64,000 nucleotides of DNA from a virus (taxonomy: Duplodnaviria > Caudoviricetes). The stretch spans positions 5,761 through 69,760 of IMG/VR virus record IMGVR_UViG_3300014204_000177; one strand, given 5' to 3'. The notes under the pieces were generated by a model. It saw only the letters and a program-made list of their open reading frames with translations. It searched no databases and was not told where the DNA came from. The position numbers were made by a program, and so were the translations under genes. Of the stretch, positions 27,575 through 38,230 are shown piece by piece; within the stretch, counting starts at the first letter, position 1; every line of letters starts with the position of its first letter.

Positions 27575-29297
27575 GTTCGATCTACAGCGATTCGGCAAGG
27601 GTGGTACTTCAGTCAATTATGCCCCTCCACAAGAGAAACAAATGTCTGAACAAGAAAAAGGTTTACTGCAACAGCAATATGACTTCAATGATAAAATCAA
27701 AACACCAATGTTTAATCTTGTGGATATGGCGAATACGGCCTTAAACGGTACGTCATTCAATCCGGCAGTTGACTACAAACAAATGTATGATACTGCCAAC
27801 CAACAACAAACCAATGCTATGAATAGTTATAATCAAAACGTCAGTAATTTCCAGAACTTAGCGCCGGAATATCAGGCACAGCAGAACAAGTCTGCCGCCC
27901 TAGCTGACGAATCCAAAAATATGAATGCTGGTTATCAGTCCCAACTTCAGGGAATCAATGGTAAATACGATAACCTTGACCAAAAGTACGGGGCTTTAGA
28001 CCAACAGTATGGTGCTATCGGGCAGAAGTTCAACAATCTGGACCAATCATACCAAGATTTGAATGGACAATATAGTGCCTTAGATCAGAAGTATGCCGGA
28101 CTGGACCCCAAATATGCAGAACTAGCTCCACAGTATCAAGCTTTGGCTAGAGGTGAACTACCTTCAGCATATGTCGATAACAAGAAAGCTGTACTAGCCG
28201 ATGTTATTGGCGGTACCCTAGGTGAAGCCTTGAACGCAGGTTCTCGAAAGGGCGTTATCAATAGTTCAATTTCCAACGATGTGAATAACAAATTGGGAAC
28301 TTGGGCCAATCGATCAATGAATGAATCATTCAATAATGATATCAATACGGTATCCGGTCTAATCGGAGCGCAAGGTAATATCTACGATAAGCAAGCTTCG
28401 CTCTACGGTCAGGAAGGTAACGTGTACGGACAACAGGGAACATTGCTTGGGCAACAGGGTAATATGTATACCCAACAGGGCAATATGCTTGGACAACAGG
28501 GCAACCTGTACGGTCAGGAAGCTTCGCTCTATGATAAGCAAGCTGGAAATATCAACAGTGCCGCCACTATTGGCAATACTGATATTACCAATCGTAACCA
28601 AATGCTCTCTGATCAGACAAATCTTATCGGTAATCGGCAGAATGTATATGGTCAGGCCGGACAGATGAATCAAACACAGATTCAAAATGCTCTAGTCCCA
28701 ATGCAGACTGCTACACAGGCACAGGATGCTTCACTGTCGTATCCCGGTAAATTAATCCAAATGGCACTCGGTACTTATCAACCCGGAGCAGACCTGTATA
28801 AAACAGAAGAAGCTTCGCGGTTGGCAATGTCTACCCCCGGTCAATACTATGCAACACAACAGGCATCCCCTTGGGGAGCTATCGGTAGTATCGGTGGTAG
28901 TCTGATTGCTTGTTTCCCTGCCGGAACTAAAATCTGCGGTCAGTTCTGTGAAGATATCCTAGTGGAAAATCTGAAGGTAGGCGACACAATCTGTACCGTT
29001 CGCAATCGCAAAATGACCCCAGACAAAGTAACAATTATTAAGAAAACACCCGATCAGGATGTTTTGGAAATAGAATTTGAATATGGGTTTGTTCGTTGTA
29101 CTCCTACACAGGGAGTATTTACGGATGAAGGTATCGTTGATGCTGGTAAACTGGTAGTAGGAGATTTTGCTATCACGGCCTGTGGGCTGAAAAAGATCAA
29201 GAGAATATCCGAACTGCCTAAACAAACAGTATACGATATCGGTACCAAAGATTTCCATACAGTATTGGCAAACAGTGTATTAATGGAGGTGTGGTAA
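27567..29297 (+). CDS. internal virion (ejection) protein with N-terminal LQRF motif, heptad repeats and C-terminal Hint domain
   Basis: GGAGG RBS before ATG 27567: MFKFDLQRFGKGG...; CFPAGT Hint start at 28911 running to the stop. Confidence 0.75.
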   Translation: MFKFDLQRFGKGGTSVNYAPPQEKQMSEQEKGLLQQQYDFNDKIKTPMFNLVDMANTALNGTSFNPAVDYKQMYDTANQQQTNAMNSYNQNVSNFQNLAPEYQAQQNKSAALADESKNMNAGYQSQLQGINGKYDNLDQKYGALDQQYGAIGQKFNNLDQSYQDLNGQYSALDQKYAGLDPKYAELAPQYQALARGELPSAYVDNKKAVLADVIGGTLGEALNAGSRKGVINSSISNDVNNKLGTWANRSMNESFNNDINTVSGLIGAQGNIYDKQASLYGQEGNVYGQQGTLLGQQGNMYTQQGNMLGQQGNLYGQEASLYDKQAGNINSAATIGNTDITNRNQMLSDQTNLIGNRQNVYGQAGQMNQTQIQNALVPMQTATQAQDASLSYPGKLIQMALGTYQPGADLYKTEEASRLAMSTPGQYYATQQASPWGAIGSIGGSLIACFPAGTKICGQFCEDILVENLKVGDTICTVRNRKMTPDKVTIIKKTPDQDVLEIEFEYGFVRCTPTQGVFTDEGIVDAGKLVVGDFAITACGLKKIKRISELPKQTVYDIGTKDFHTVLANSVLMEVW

Positions 29298-29615
29298 ATG
29301 CAGGTAATTAAAGAATCCAATGGGTTTACCGACCTTCTGAATGGTTTTGCTCAAACGTGGGGTCCGAAATATATGCAGGATTCCTCAGATCAAGATCGTG
29401 GTACACGGCAACTTGCCGCTTATAAAGCTATGTATGATCAATGGGTCCAAAGTGGCAAGAAAGGACCGCCCCCGGCAATGCCCAACCAACAGCAAACGTC
29501 ACTACAACCTGATCAAGCTAGTGCCTATGATCAACAGGCGCAACAGCCCCAGAACGCCGGAAAGACATTTTCCGACCTACTGACTCTGTTGACTCAGTGG
29601 AGAAGTGGGCGATAA
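29298..29615 (+). CDS. internal virion protein (Gln-rich)
   Basis: Position in the ejection cluster, GGAGG RBS. Confidence 0.55.
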   Translation: MQVIKESNGFTDLLNGFAQTWGPKYMQDSSDQDRGTRQLAAYKAMYDQWVQSGKKGPPPAMPNQQQTSLQPDQASAYDQQAQQPQNAGKTFSDLLTLLTQWRSGR

Positions 29616-29617
29616 AT

Positions 29618-30790
29618 ATGGCGTTCCAATGGACTTCACAAGCAAGCAATCCTAATATCAACCCGGACGTAAAAACTGCTTTGGATAGACTTGCGGAACT
29701 GGCATACAATCAGGCCGGAGTTAATCTCTACGGTACAAGTGGGGCTAGAAATTGGGGCAACAATTCCCTGCACGAACAACGGAATGGCGCAAATGCCGCC
29801 GATGTATATTTTGGTTCGGACGAGTCCGGTACAGAATTCGACAACCCGGAAGCACGTTCCTCAATTACCCCCATTCTTTCTAAACTAGCGCAAGGTGTGG
29901 GTCTGAACTTTCTGGATGAAGGAAACCATCTGCATTTATCCAATGCTCAAAATGGTGCTTCTAATTATAGTGCAGACCCCGCCCCCGACGATGGTTCGGA
30001 AGCGTATGCCAAATCGCCCTATGCCAACCTCAAAGCACCACAGTTATATAACCAGATAATGTCAAAATATAATGCCAAACGGGAAGTTCCCAAGGCTATG
30101 GATTCTGCCGCCATGCAACTTCAAATGATGATTGCCGCTGGCGAAGGTGGAAAACTGCGCGGTAGTGATTATCAAGCAGTAGCTCCGTATGCTCAGAGTT
30201 TGGCACAGGCCCACGCACAAGACCAAAAGATGCTGGCAGATATCCACAATCGGGAATTCGAGCAACAGGCCAATGCTGAACTAATGGCAGGTCTGGGTAT
30301 CCTTAACCAAGACGGCAAGAACCCACAGGAGAGTTTCGCTCTAGGTACACTGGCCCCGGCACTGATGCCGTTTGTCAAGGCTACAAACCTTGATGCAGGA
30401 CAACAGGCGACACTGGCACAGCATAAAGCGAATGCGGCACAATCCGAAAGTCACTTCCAGCAATCTAAAGCACAATCAGCTTCCCAGTTTGACACCACCA
30501 TGCAATACCGAAAGGAACGGGATGCCCAAGTCATGGCGGCTAAAGGTCAGGGTGGAGGTGTACCGTTTGGGTACGACACCAATATTAAGGCCGTCAAAGA
30601 GACCTTGAAAGAATTGGATGGTCTAGATGGGCTATCTGATGTGGAAAAGAAAGCTAGTTGGCCTAAACTCTATGACATGATTCAATCCGCTGTAACCCAA
30701 ATGGAATCTCAGCCGGACAAGGGTCAGAACTTTAAGAAAATGATTCTGGATAAAGTCCAGAAGCTTTACCCGCAAGGACCACCCCAGTAA
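29618..30790 (+). CDS. internal virion protein with N-terminal M15-type Zn peptidase domain
   Basis: TSGAR...SLHEQ...AAD...EGNHLHLS resembles the M15 SxH...D...HxH motifs. Confidence 0.65.
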   Translation: MAFQWTSQASNPNINPDVKTALDRLAELAYNQAGVNLYGTSGARNWGNNSLHEQRNGANAADVYFGSDESGTEFDNPEARSSITPILSKLAQGVGLNFLDEGNHLHLSNAQNGASNYSADPAPDDGSEAYAKSPYANLKAPQLYNQIMSKYNAKREVPKAMDSAAMQLQMMIAAGEGGKLRGSDYQAVAPYAQSLAQAHAQDQKMLADIHNREFEQQANAELMAGLGILNQDGKNPQESFALGTLAPALMPFVKATNLDAGQQATLAQHKANAAQSESHFQQSKAQSASQFDTTMQYRKERDAQVMAAKGQGGGVPFGYDTNIKAVKETLKELDGLDGLSDVEKKASWPKLYDMIQSAVTQMESQPDKGQNFKKMILDKVQKLYPQGPPQ

Positions 30791-30802
30791 GGAGGGATTT
30801 AA

Positions 30803-33800
30803 TTGGCTAAAGGTGCAAAAGACCCGAACGAAGTAGTAAACTTTATGCAGTCACTCGACGATTATGTAAGTAATTGGCAACCTGCACCCATAAAGCCTGA
30901 AGTCAGTAATCCCGCCGAATTCGGGAAGGCTGCTGGACGCTCTGCTACCAACCTAGTCGGAGGTCTTGGATGGGGAGCGCAAACCGTTGGTGACATGACC
31001 GGACTGGATAGCTTATCTGAACTGGGAAAAACTCTCAAACAATTTGAGGATACTACCAACCAGAAATACTTCCAGCCCGGATATAATGGCCCTGTATTAG
31101 ATGTACAAAACCCTGACTATTGGTTCAAAGGTGGAGCCGCATCTGATACTGGTAATCTTATTGGTTCAATGGTAGGATTCTTCATTCCCCAAGTGGGAGC
31201 CGCCAAAGCATTACAGGCAGTTGCCGGAGTAGGTAAACTAGCCGGAGCCGCCAATTCCGCTATTGGTGCTGGTAAAATGGTTGAAGGTATAGCCTTGGCA
31301 GATAAAGCCCGGAAACTACAACAGGGTGCTGAACTGGTTGCTGGTTTCGGTGCTGGTATGTTAGAGTCTGCTGGTGAAGCCAGAAGTCAAGAATCACAAC
31401 TACTGCAAGATCGGGCCGCTGGCAAAATACAAGTATCTGACGAACAGATTCAAGATTCTGCCAAAAGCGTCTTTGGATGGAACTTACCAATAACTGGCGT
31501 GGGTGGCGCTTTGACTAGCGTACTCGCAAAACCGGGAGGTAAGCTACTGAGCAAGGAAGCTCGTACCGCATTACAGGGCGTTCAAAATCAATCCTTAGTT
31601 CAAAGTGCCAGTAAGATTGTTGATCAGGTACGTCAAAAGACTGCCGTTCAACTCTTCGGTACTGGATTCAGCGAAGGACTACAGGAATTTGAACAGCAAG
31701 CTATACAGGAAAATCAGATGCCCGGAGCCGTTTCTGACGGTATTATGGGTACACCCTATTCATTAAATCCCACAGAAGATCGTGTCAAGTCTGCTGTCTT
31801 GGGTGCTATCGGTGGTATCGGTGCTGGTGTTACATTCCGCGCCTTGGGGAGTCGTTATGCCAAAGGGCCGGAAGAACAAGCAATTCTTGATCAGGTTGAG
31901 AAGGGAATTAAACAAACCGAAGAACAATCGACTAAAGATTTACAGCAACGTACTAAGGAAGAAATTGATAGACTGCGTATCTTTAAGGAGATGGACCAAG
32001 AAGGGTTTACTCCGCAAGAACAATTATCCCCGGAAGAAAAGATCGGATTCTATGATACCGCCAAAGATTCGGGACACATGGATGAAGACCTGATCAAAAC
32101 TATTGACGGTCTGGATGGAGATGCCAAAATCAAGGCAATCGACTCTATCCTTGCCGACCCTAATATTATTGACAATACCGATATCGTGGAACGTATGATT
32201 CAGAAACGGGCTGAACGGGATGCCGTGGCACCGGAGCCGGAAGTACCGGAACAGGTTATTCCTCAACCGGATATCACACCTCCTGATCATCAGCTTCCTC
32301 CCCCTAGTCAGATCGTTCCGCAGGTAATGCCTCCGGTAAATATCCCGATCAATCCCAAGACAGGTCCGGTAACACCACAAGTGATTCCGTTACCTGCTCC
32401 ACAGGTTGTACCGCCTACGGTAGCCCCCGCGCCCGTAGCCCCGGCACCTGTAGCACCAGCCCCAGTAGTCCCACAAGTTACTCCGAAGCAACAAACTCAA
32501 ACCAAAAATGTGGGTGGGGCTAAACTCGAATACAATAACCTTGATATCTTCAATCGCCGTTGGGATAAAATACCTAATAGTGAAGTGGAAAAACAATTTA
32601 CTTATTGGTGGCAATCACCCTTAACCCCTACAGACATTAAAGACAATATCGCCAAAACGTATGTTAATGATCAAGGTAGGTTAAAATTATCATTACCAGT
32701 TGAAACAAAAAGACAATTATTAAAAGACAACAATCTCCCAGTTAATGAATTCCGTTTAGACGCATATAAATCCAAAACCTCATACACCAATGACCTGCGT
32801 CAAGCGTCAAAGATCGCCCCGGATACTGAAAAACATCCTGATGTGACTGCTGGTAAACTGGTCAATTTTGCTCGTCTTGAAGATTATGACGGGTTCGCTA
32901 AACTATTGCCAAAAGCTTCTAAACAGGCCATTGAAAAAGCCAAACCGTTGATTCGTCAATGGGATGACATAGCAACTACCGAAGGATTATTTTCTTCTAA
33001 AGAAGTTGGGATGGCAGATAAAGCCAATGGTGATATTATCGAAAAACTGGATACCGATATGCGGGAATTCGTGGAGAAGAATACCGGGAAACCAGTTACC
33101 GTAACACCCGGCATTAATGACCTATCTGTATCCAAATATAAACGGTGGGAACGTGACGGCAGAATTCAGAAAGGTCTGAATGAACTGTTCACTATTCTGG
33201 CGAAACGTCACTATGATGCTACCGGATTGACCACGATTTTTGGAGTCAATCCTGCACATCCAGAACTTGGTAAAGAAATGTTTGAAAAACGCCAATCGGG
33301 TTTTAAACCGGGAGAAGGTCGTAGAACTACTCTTGGAGTCAACACAGGGTTAAACTACGCTACCCATAAATCTTACCTGATGATGTATAAGGGTGCCAAT
33401 GCGTTTGTGGTAACACATGAGTTTGCTCACGCATACCTTCGTAGTATGGATGAAACCCAACAGCGTCACTGGATGAACTTCGTAGTTGAAGCCAAATCGA
33501 AAGGGTATGTATTCCCAGAAAGTCATTTACCTAGTCAAAAACTACCGGGACCATACAACCCAATGCCACCTTATACTTATTTCCACGAAATCTTTGCTGA
33601 TCATATGACGATGATGTTGGTAAAGACCGATAAGGAAATTGCTAAATTTTTCAAGGGAGACCCAGTATTTCAATCCCCCAACCTGTTCTATAACCTCCTG
33701 ACTGGATTACGGATGATGAAGCCAATCGTTCAGGAAGCTTATAATCATGGAGGGAAGATAGACCCTAAACTTAAAAAGTTACTGCAACCCGACACCTTGA

Positions 33801-36800
33801 AGAATCTGGAAGAACTTTACAACGATGTACGGACTGGTAATTTGAAAGTCAAGGACGAGATTGACAGAGGGCCTTTAGCATCCGAACCGACATATCTTGA
33901 AACAGACGAAGACATGGACAATAACAAGAAACTGGGTTTCTATTCTGCACTATATAACCATGTCAATGGATTAAACTTTACTTCAATCCCTGCCAAAGAT
34001 TTATTGCAAAACCTATATAATGATAAAACCAATACCTCTAAAGTGTCTGGTGTTAAACTGGAAGAAATGGAAGATATTGGTCTTATCACTTGGTTGCAAA
34101 GTCAGACTGGCAAAGTAAGCAGAAATGATATTTTGGACTTTATTCGCAAGGGTGGAATACAGCTAGAAGAGATTAATAAAGGTAAGCTAAAATGGAAGGT
34201 CAAAGATCATCAACTACAATATATATATGATAATGAACAGGACGCTCGAAAACATTATAATAAAATAATTGATCGCGATTTAGCTAAATCATTAGTTAAA
34301 GTGATGGACCACGGAGATCAAATCATTTATGAGGATAAGACGGATTCAGAAGAAGACCCTATCCTTCTTACTTATAATAAGATCACCGAAGGGCCTGACG
34401 CTGGTAAATTTGTATCAGCAGACGCTATCAAAAACAATAATCCAAATTCTAGAAAATGGGATAAAGATATCTTACTGTCAAAACTTATCCGTATGCAGAA
34501 AGAAACTGTAATTGACGAGTACCAAGTCAGAATAATGCAAACAGATAGGACCTCTAAATATAGCCAATATAATATCCCCGGTGGCACTAATTACCGAGAA
34601 ATCCTATTAAGGTTGCCAAATAATAATGGATATTATAAAGGGCTACATTGGGAAGAGAAAAATGTATTAGTACACATCAGAACTACTGATCGTATCGTTA
34701 ATGGTAAAAAGACTATATTTATCGAAGAAATTCAATCTGACTGGCACCAAAAGGGACGTACCGAAGGTTATGTTGGTTATCCGAGTGAAGATACCCAAAA
34801 AGAATTAACAAGACTTCGAGAACAACTAAAAGGCCTAAACGAAGATACTGAAAAAATCATCGGTAAATATGGAGGAAAAGAAAACGTATACAAAGCATTA
34901 AGGGATATTAAAATCAGAGAATATGACCCCGAAAACTGGGATAGAATAAACTCCGATATCCAAAAGTATAACCATTTAAGCACTATCAGGGAAAATGTTA
35001 GAGAAGATATTAAATGGTATATGGATAGGGGCGTAGACAACGCCCCCATGAAAAAAACCTCTACTTGGGCTATGCTGGCAATGAAACGAGTATTTAATCT
35101 TGCCGCTAAAGAAGGTTATCAACAGGTAATGTGGACAGATGCCTTAGTCCAGATAGACCGTTGGACCAATAACACTAGAGGTGTGGTTGATCGCATCCAA
35201 TGGACTAAAGCAGTTGATCGCCCCGGTACCTATTTAATCCAAGGGTCAAAAGATACAGAAGAAGTTATCTCTAAAACCGTTGATTCTGACCAAGAACTAG
35301 AAGAACTACTTGGTAAAGAAATGGCAAATAGTATTATCAACGATACTAAAAATAAAGGTGTTTTAGAGGGCGATAGTATTGTTGTTGGTGGTAAAGGATT
35401 TGAAGGATTCTATGATAAAATTCTTACTACCGAAGTTCAGAAGTACCTCAAAAAATTCGACCCAACCGTTAAGGTAGAAAAAACTGCCATTACCGAAGAA
35501 GGAGAAAAGTTTGGGGCATGGTCTGTTGACTTCACTGATGCCATTAAACAGGGGATACAAAATGGTCAACCCCTTTATATGGAAGGTAACATCAAACCAG
35601 ACAATAGCCGACAGAATCTACTGGATGTAAAGCAAATTAACTTTACTCCTAACTCCATGCACTTTGAACGTAACCGACTGAATGCCCAACATCTGCGTGA
35701 TGCTGGATGGACGGAGACGGCACAACCGGACGGAACTATTCAGTTCTCCCGGACCAACCCGAATCCATTGCAGAACCGTGAACGTATTGTTCCGGGTATT
35801 GCCCAGACAACGCAACAACAGATATCCCCCAAAACTATGCTTGGCAAAATCAAACAGGCCACCTTCAAAATCTTTAGTGAAAACTACAAGAACTGGGTGG
35901 ATGATCAGTTTGGGTTTAAGGAGGCTGGCATACTCAATCCTACCATTAAGGAGGATATGCGTAAGCTTGGCATTCATGCCGCTGTAGCCACCAGAGGGTG
36001 GACAGGACATGCCCAGAAACTTATCCGCTACGGTGCCAAAGGTGTGGACTTGCGGGATGGTCAAGGCAAGATTGATATTAAACCTATCACCCAAATCTTC
36101 GCTAATTTGAACGAAGATGAACAAAAGAGTCTCGATCAATATCTGATCGCCAAACGTGTCATTGACTTAGCCAACCGGAAACATTCCATTGAGCAGGGAC
36201 TCACGATACAGGAGTCAAACGATATTATCAACAATACATCCCAGAAGGTTAAGGATGCCGCCAGTGATATCGTAAACCTGAACCGTTACCTGTTGAATGT
36301 ACTGGTGGACGGTGGACTGGTCAGCGAAGAGGGCTACCAGTTTATGATCAAGCAAGACCCCAACTATGTACCATTGATGAAAGACTTCTCCGAAGAAGAT
36401 GCCGAAAACATCGTATCCGGTATCAATTCCAAATCGTTCGTCAATATCGGTAATCCAATCCATAAGATCGGTTCTAGTGAGAAGTCAATCATATCCCCGT
36501 TGGAATCAACGCTGAAGCATGTATACCAGTTCTATAGCAAGGCTGAGTTCAACCAAGTTGGTCAGCACTTTGCCGGACTAGGAAACCAACCTCATATGGC
36601 TGGTTTGATTAATCGCGTGGGCGCTCCTTCATCTAAGAAAGAGAATATCTTTAAAGTCTGGGTGTTGGGTAAACCGCAGTATTATGAGACTACCCATAGT
36701 TTGGCACAAGCTGTAGGTAACATGAACGTACCACAATCCAATATCTTATTCAGTCTACTGGAAAAGCCAGCGACTTGGTTGCGGATTGGCGCTACGGCTA

Positions 36801-38230
36801 CCCCTACGTTCGCTTTCCGTAACTTCTTCAAGGACCAGTTTACTGCGTTCGTATTCTCACATCATGGGTATATCCCGTTTTATGACGCAATCCGGGCGTT
36901 CACCGACATATCCAAACAGAATGGCATCTATCAGGAATATCTGGATAGTGGCGCGGCCCATGCCGATATCATGGGTATTGACCGCAACTACCTACAGAAA
37001 GACCTTCATGCCATTTATAGCAAGGAATCATTCAAACGGATGGTTTCTCACCCGCAGGAGATTGTCACCAACCTGTTCCATATCATGCAGAACTTTTCAG
37101 AAAAGGTGGAAGTTTCCACTCGACTAGCTGAGTACAAAAATGCAAAAGCTGGTTATACTGGAATGGTTTCTCGTATGACTAAAACCAATATCCAACCAAT
37201 GACTGGTTACGAACTGGCAAATGAAGCCAGAGATATCACCTTGGACTTCTCCCGCGCCGGAGTGTACGGCAGAAAGATCAACCGTTATATCTCATTCTTC
37301 AATGCTAATATCCAAGGTTCGGACAAACTGGTACGCGAATTCATAGCCCACCCCGGCGACACCAGCATGAAAATGGCAATGATATCCTTATTGTCTGGTA
37401 TGCTTTATTTCGCCAATGAGGGTGATGATCGCTACAAGGAACTACCACAATGGGAAAAAGACTTGTTCTGGATTATACCCGGAGAGAAAAGTATGGCTCG
37501 ACTTCCGAAACCTTTCGAAGCTGGCTTGTTATTCGGTACTACAGTTGAGAGATATCTTGATTGGATGCGTACCGGAAACCCGGAAGCTTTCAAAGGATTG
37601 CAGAAGAATCTCGGTCAGGCATTCACTCCCGGCTTTATCCTGACAGCCCTACAGCCGATTATGGAAGTTGCTATGAACTACGATATGTTCCGTGACCGGA
37701 CGATCATTCCGCAGTCTGAGCAAGGCAAAGACCCGCAGTTACAATTCGGCCCGTACACCAGTGAATTCTCCAAAGTTATCGGTAAGTATATGGGAGTATC
37801 TCCCAGAAGTATCGATCACGTTATTGAAGGTTATACTGGTACACTGGGTAAAGAAGCATTGGGACTTACTAATAAAATGGTGGAAGGTGGTAATAAACTG
37901 CCGCAACGTACACCTATGGAATGGTTGCCAGTGGCATCTGCGGTCAACGTAACGCCTTACCAGAGTCCCGAATCTATCCAACGTCTGTTCGATAAGAACG
38001 AAGAATACGGCAGAATCAAGTCCCTTCTCGATAAGAAGCTGATCAAACCTAGTGAATACCCGGAAGCTAAACACGATGCGGTTAAAGCCGCCATTCGTGA
38101 AATCCGCGATATTCAAAAGGAAGCAAAAGATGTGCTTGATTCCAAAACCTTGACTTCAGAACAGAAACGTGTACGCATGGATAGAGTTAAGATCAGAGAA
38201 ATGAACATAGCAAAACGGGCATTGAAATAG
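30803..38230 (+). CDS. giant (2475 aa) internal virion / polyvalent protein with zincin motif and LPD38-like C-terminus
   Basis: THEFAH...HEIFAD; YSQYNIPGG-NYREILL...EEIQSDWHQKGR; C-terminal DFSRAG...FFNANIQG...LPKPFEAG. Confidence 0.8.
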   Translation: MAKGAKDPNEVVNFMQSLDDYVSNWQPAPIKPEVSNPAEFGKAAGRSATNLVGGLGWGAQTVGDMTGLDSLSELGKTLKQFEDTTNQKYFQPGYNGPVLDVQNPDYWFKGGAASDTGNLIGSMVGFFIPQVGAAKALQAVAGVGKLAGAANSAIGAGKMVEGIALADKARKLQQGAELVAGFGAGMLESAGEARSQESQLLQDRAAGKIQVSDEQIQDSAKSVFGWNLPITGVGGALTSVLAKPGGKLLSKEARTALQGVQNQSLVQSASKIVDQVRQKTAVQLFGTGFSEGLQEFEQQAIQENQMPGAVSDGIMGTPYSLNPTEDRVKSAVLGAIGGIGAGVTFRALGSRYAKGPEEQAILDQVEKGIKQTEEQSTKDLQQRTKEEIDRLRIFKEMDQEGFTPQEQLSPEEKIGFYDTAKDSGHMDEDLIKTIDGLDGDAKIKAIDSILADPNIIDNTDIVERMIQKRAERDAVAPEPEVPEQVIPQPDITPPDHQLPPPSQIVPQVMPPVNIPINPKTGPVTPQVIPLPAPQVVPPTVAPAPVAPAPVAPAPVVPQVTPKQQTQTKNVGGAKLEYNNLDIFNRRWDKIPNSEVEKQFTYWWQSPLTPTDIKDNIAKTYVNDQGRLKLSLPVETKRQLLKDNNLPVNEFRLDAYKSKTSYTNDLRQASKIAPDTEKHPDVTAGKLVNFARLEDYDGFAKLLPKASKQAIEKAKPLIRQWDDIATTEGLFSSKEVGMADKANGDIIEKLDTDMREFVEKNTGKPVTVTPGINDLSVSKYKRWERDGRIQKGLNELFTILAKRHYDATGLTTIFGVNPAHPELGKEMFEKRQSGFKPGEGRRTTLGVNTGLNYATHKSYLMMYKGANAFVVTHEFAHAYLRSMDETQQRHWMNFVVEAKSKGYVFPESHLPSQKLPGPYNPMPPYTYFHEIFADHMTMMLVKTDKEIAKFFKGDPVFQSPNLFYNLLTGLRMMKPIVQEAYNHGGKIDPKLKKLLQPDTLKNLEELYNDVRTGNLKVKDEIDRGPLASEPTYLETDEDMDNNKKLGFYSALYNHVNGLNFTSIPAKDLLQNLYNDKTNTSKVSGVKLEEMEDIGLITWLQSQTGKVSRNDILDFIRKGGIQLEEINKGKLKWKVKDHQLQYIYDNEQDARKHYNKIIDRDLAKSLVKVMDHGDQIIYEDKTDSEEDPILLTYNKITEGPDAGKFVSADAIKNNNPNSRKWDKDILLSKLIRMQKETVIDEYQVRIMQTDRTSKYSQYNIPGGTNYREILLRLPNNNGYYKGLHWEEKNVLVHIRTTDRIVNGKKTIFIEEIQSDWHQKGRTEGYVGYPSEDTQKELTRLREQLKGLNEDTEKIIGKYGGKENVYKALRDIKIREYDPENWDRINSDIQKYNHLSTIRENVREDIKWYMDRGVDNAPMKKTSTWAMLAMKRVFNLAAKEGYQQVMWTDALVQIDRWTNNTRGVVDRIQWTKAVDRPGTYLIQGSKDTEEVISKTVDSDQELEELLGKEMANSIINDTKNKGVLEGDSIVVGGKGFEGFYDKILTTEVQKYLKKFDPTVKVEKTAITEEGEKFGAWSVDFTDAIKQGIQNGQPLYMEGNIKPDNSRQNLLDVKQINFTPNSMHFERNRLNAQHLRDAGWTETAQPDGTIQFSRTNPNPLQNRERIVPGIAQTTQQQISPKTMLGKIKQATFKIFSENYKNWVDDQFGFKEAGILNPTIKEDMRKLGIHAAVATRGWTGHAQKLIRYGAKGVDLRDGQGKIDIKPITQIFANLNEDEQKSLDQYLIAKRVIDLANRKHSIEQGLTIQESNDIINNTSQKVKDAASDIVNLNRYLLNVLVDGGLVSEEGYQFMIKQDPNYVPLMKDFSEEDAENIVSGINSKSFVNIGNPIHKIGSSEKSIISPLESTLKHVYQFYSKAEFNQVGQHFAGLGNQPHMAGLINRVGAPSSKKENIFKVWVLGKPQYYETTHSLAQAVGNMNVPQSNILFSLLEKPATWLRIGATATPTFAFRNFFKDQFTAFVFSHHGYIPFYDAIRAFTDISKQNGIYQEYLDSGAAHADIMGIDRNYLQKDLHAIYSKESFKRMVSHPQEIVTNLFHIMQNFSEKVEVSTRLAEYKNAKAGYTGMVSRMTKTNIQPMTGYELANEARDITLDFSRAGVYGRKINRYISFFNANIQGSDKLVREFIAHPGDTSMKMAMISLLSGMLYFANEGDDRYKELPQWEKDLFWIIPGEKSMARLPKPFEAGLLFGTTVERYLDWMRTGNPEAFKGLQKNLGQAFTPGFILTALQPIMEVAMNYDMFRDRTIIPQSEQGKDPQLQFGPYTSEFSKVIGKYMGVSPRSIDHVIEGYTGTLGKEALGLTNKMVEGGNKLPQRTPMEWLPVASAVNVTPYQSPESIQRLFDKNEEYGRIKSLLDKKLIKPSEYPEAKHDAVKAAIREIRDIQKEAKDVLDSKTLTSEQKRVRMDRVKIREMNIAKRALK

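Noticed and set aside
28911-29297. Canonical splicing intein
   Set aside because: The domain ends at the stop codon with no C-extein, no terminal His-Asn and no block-B His
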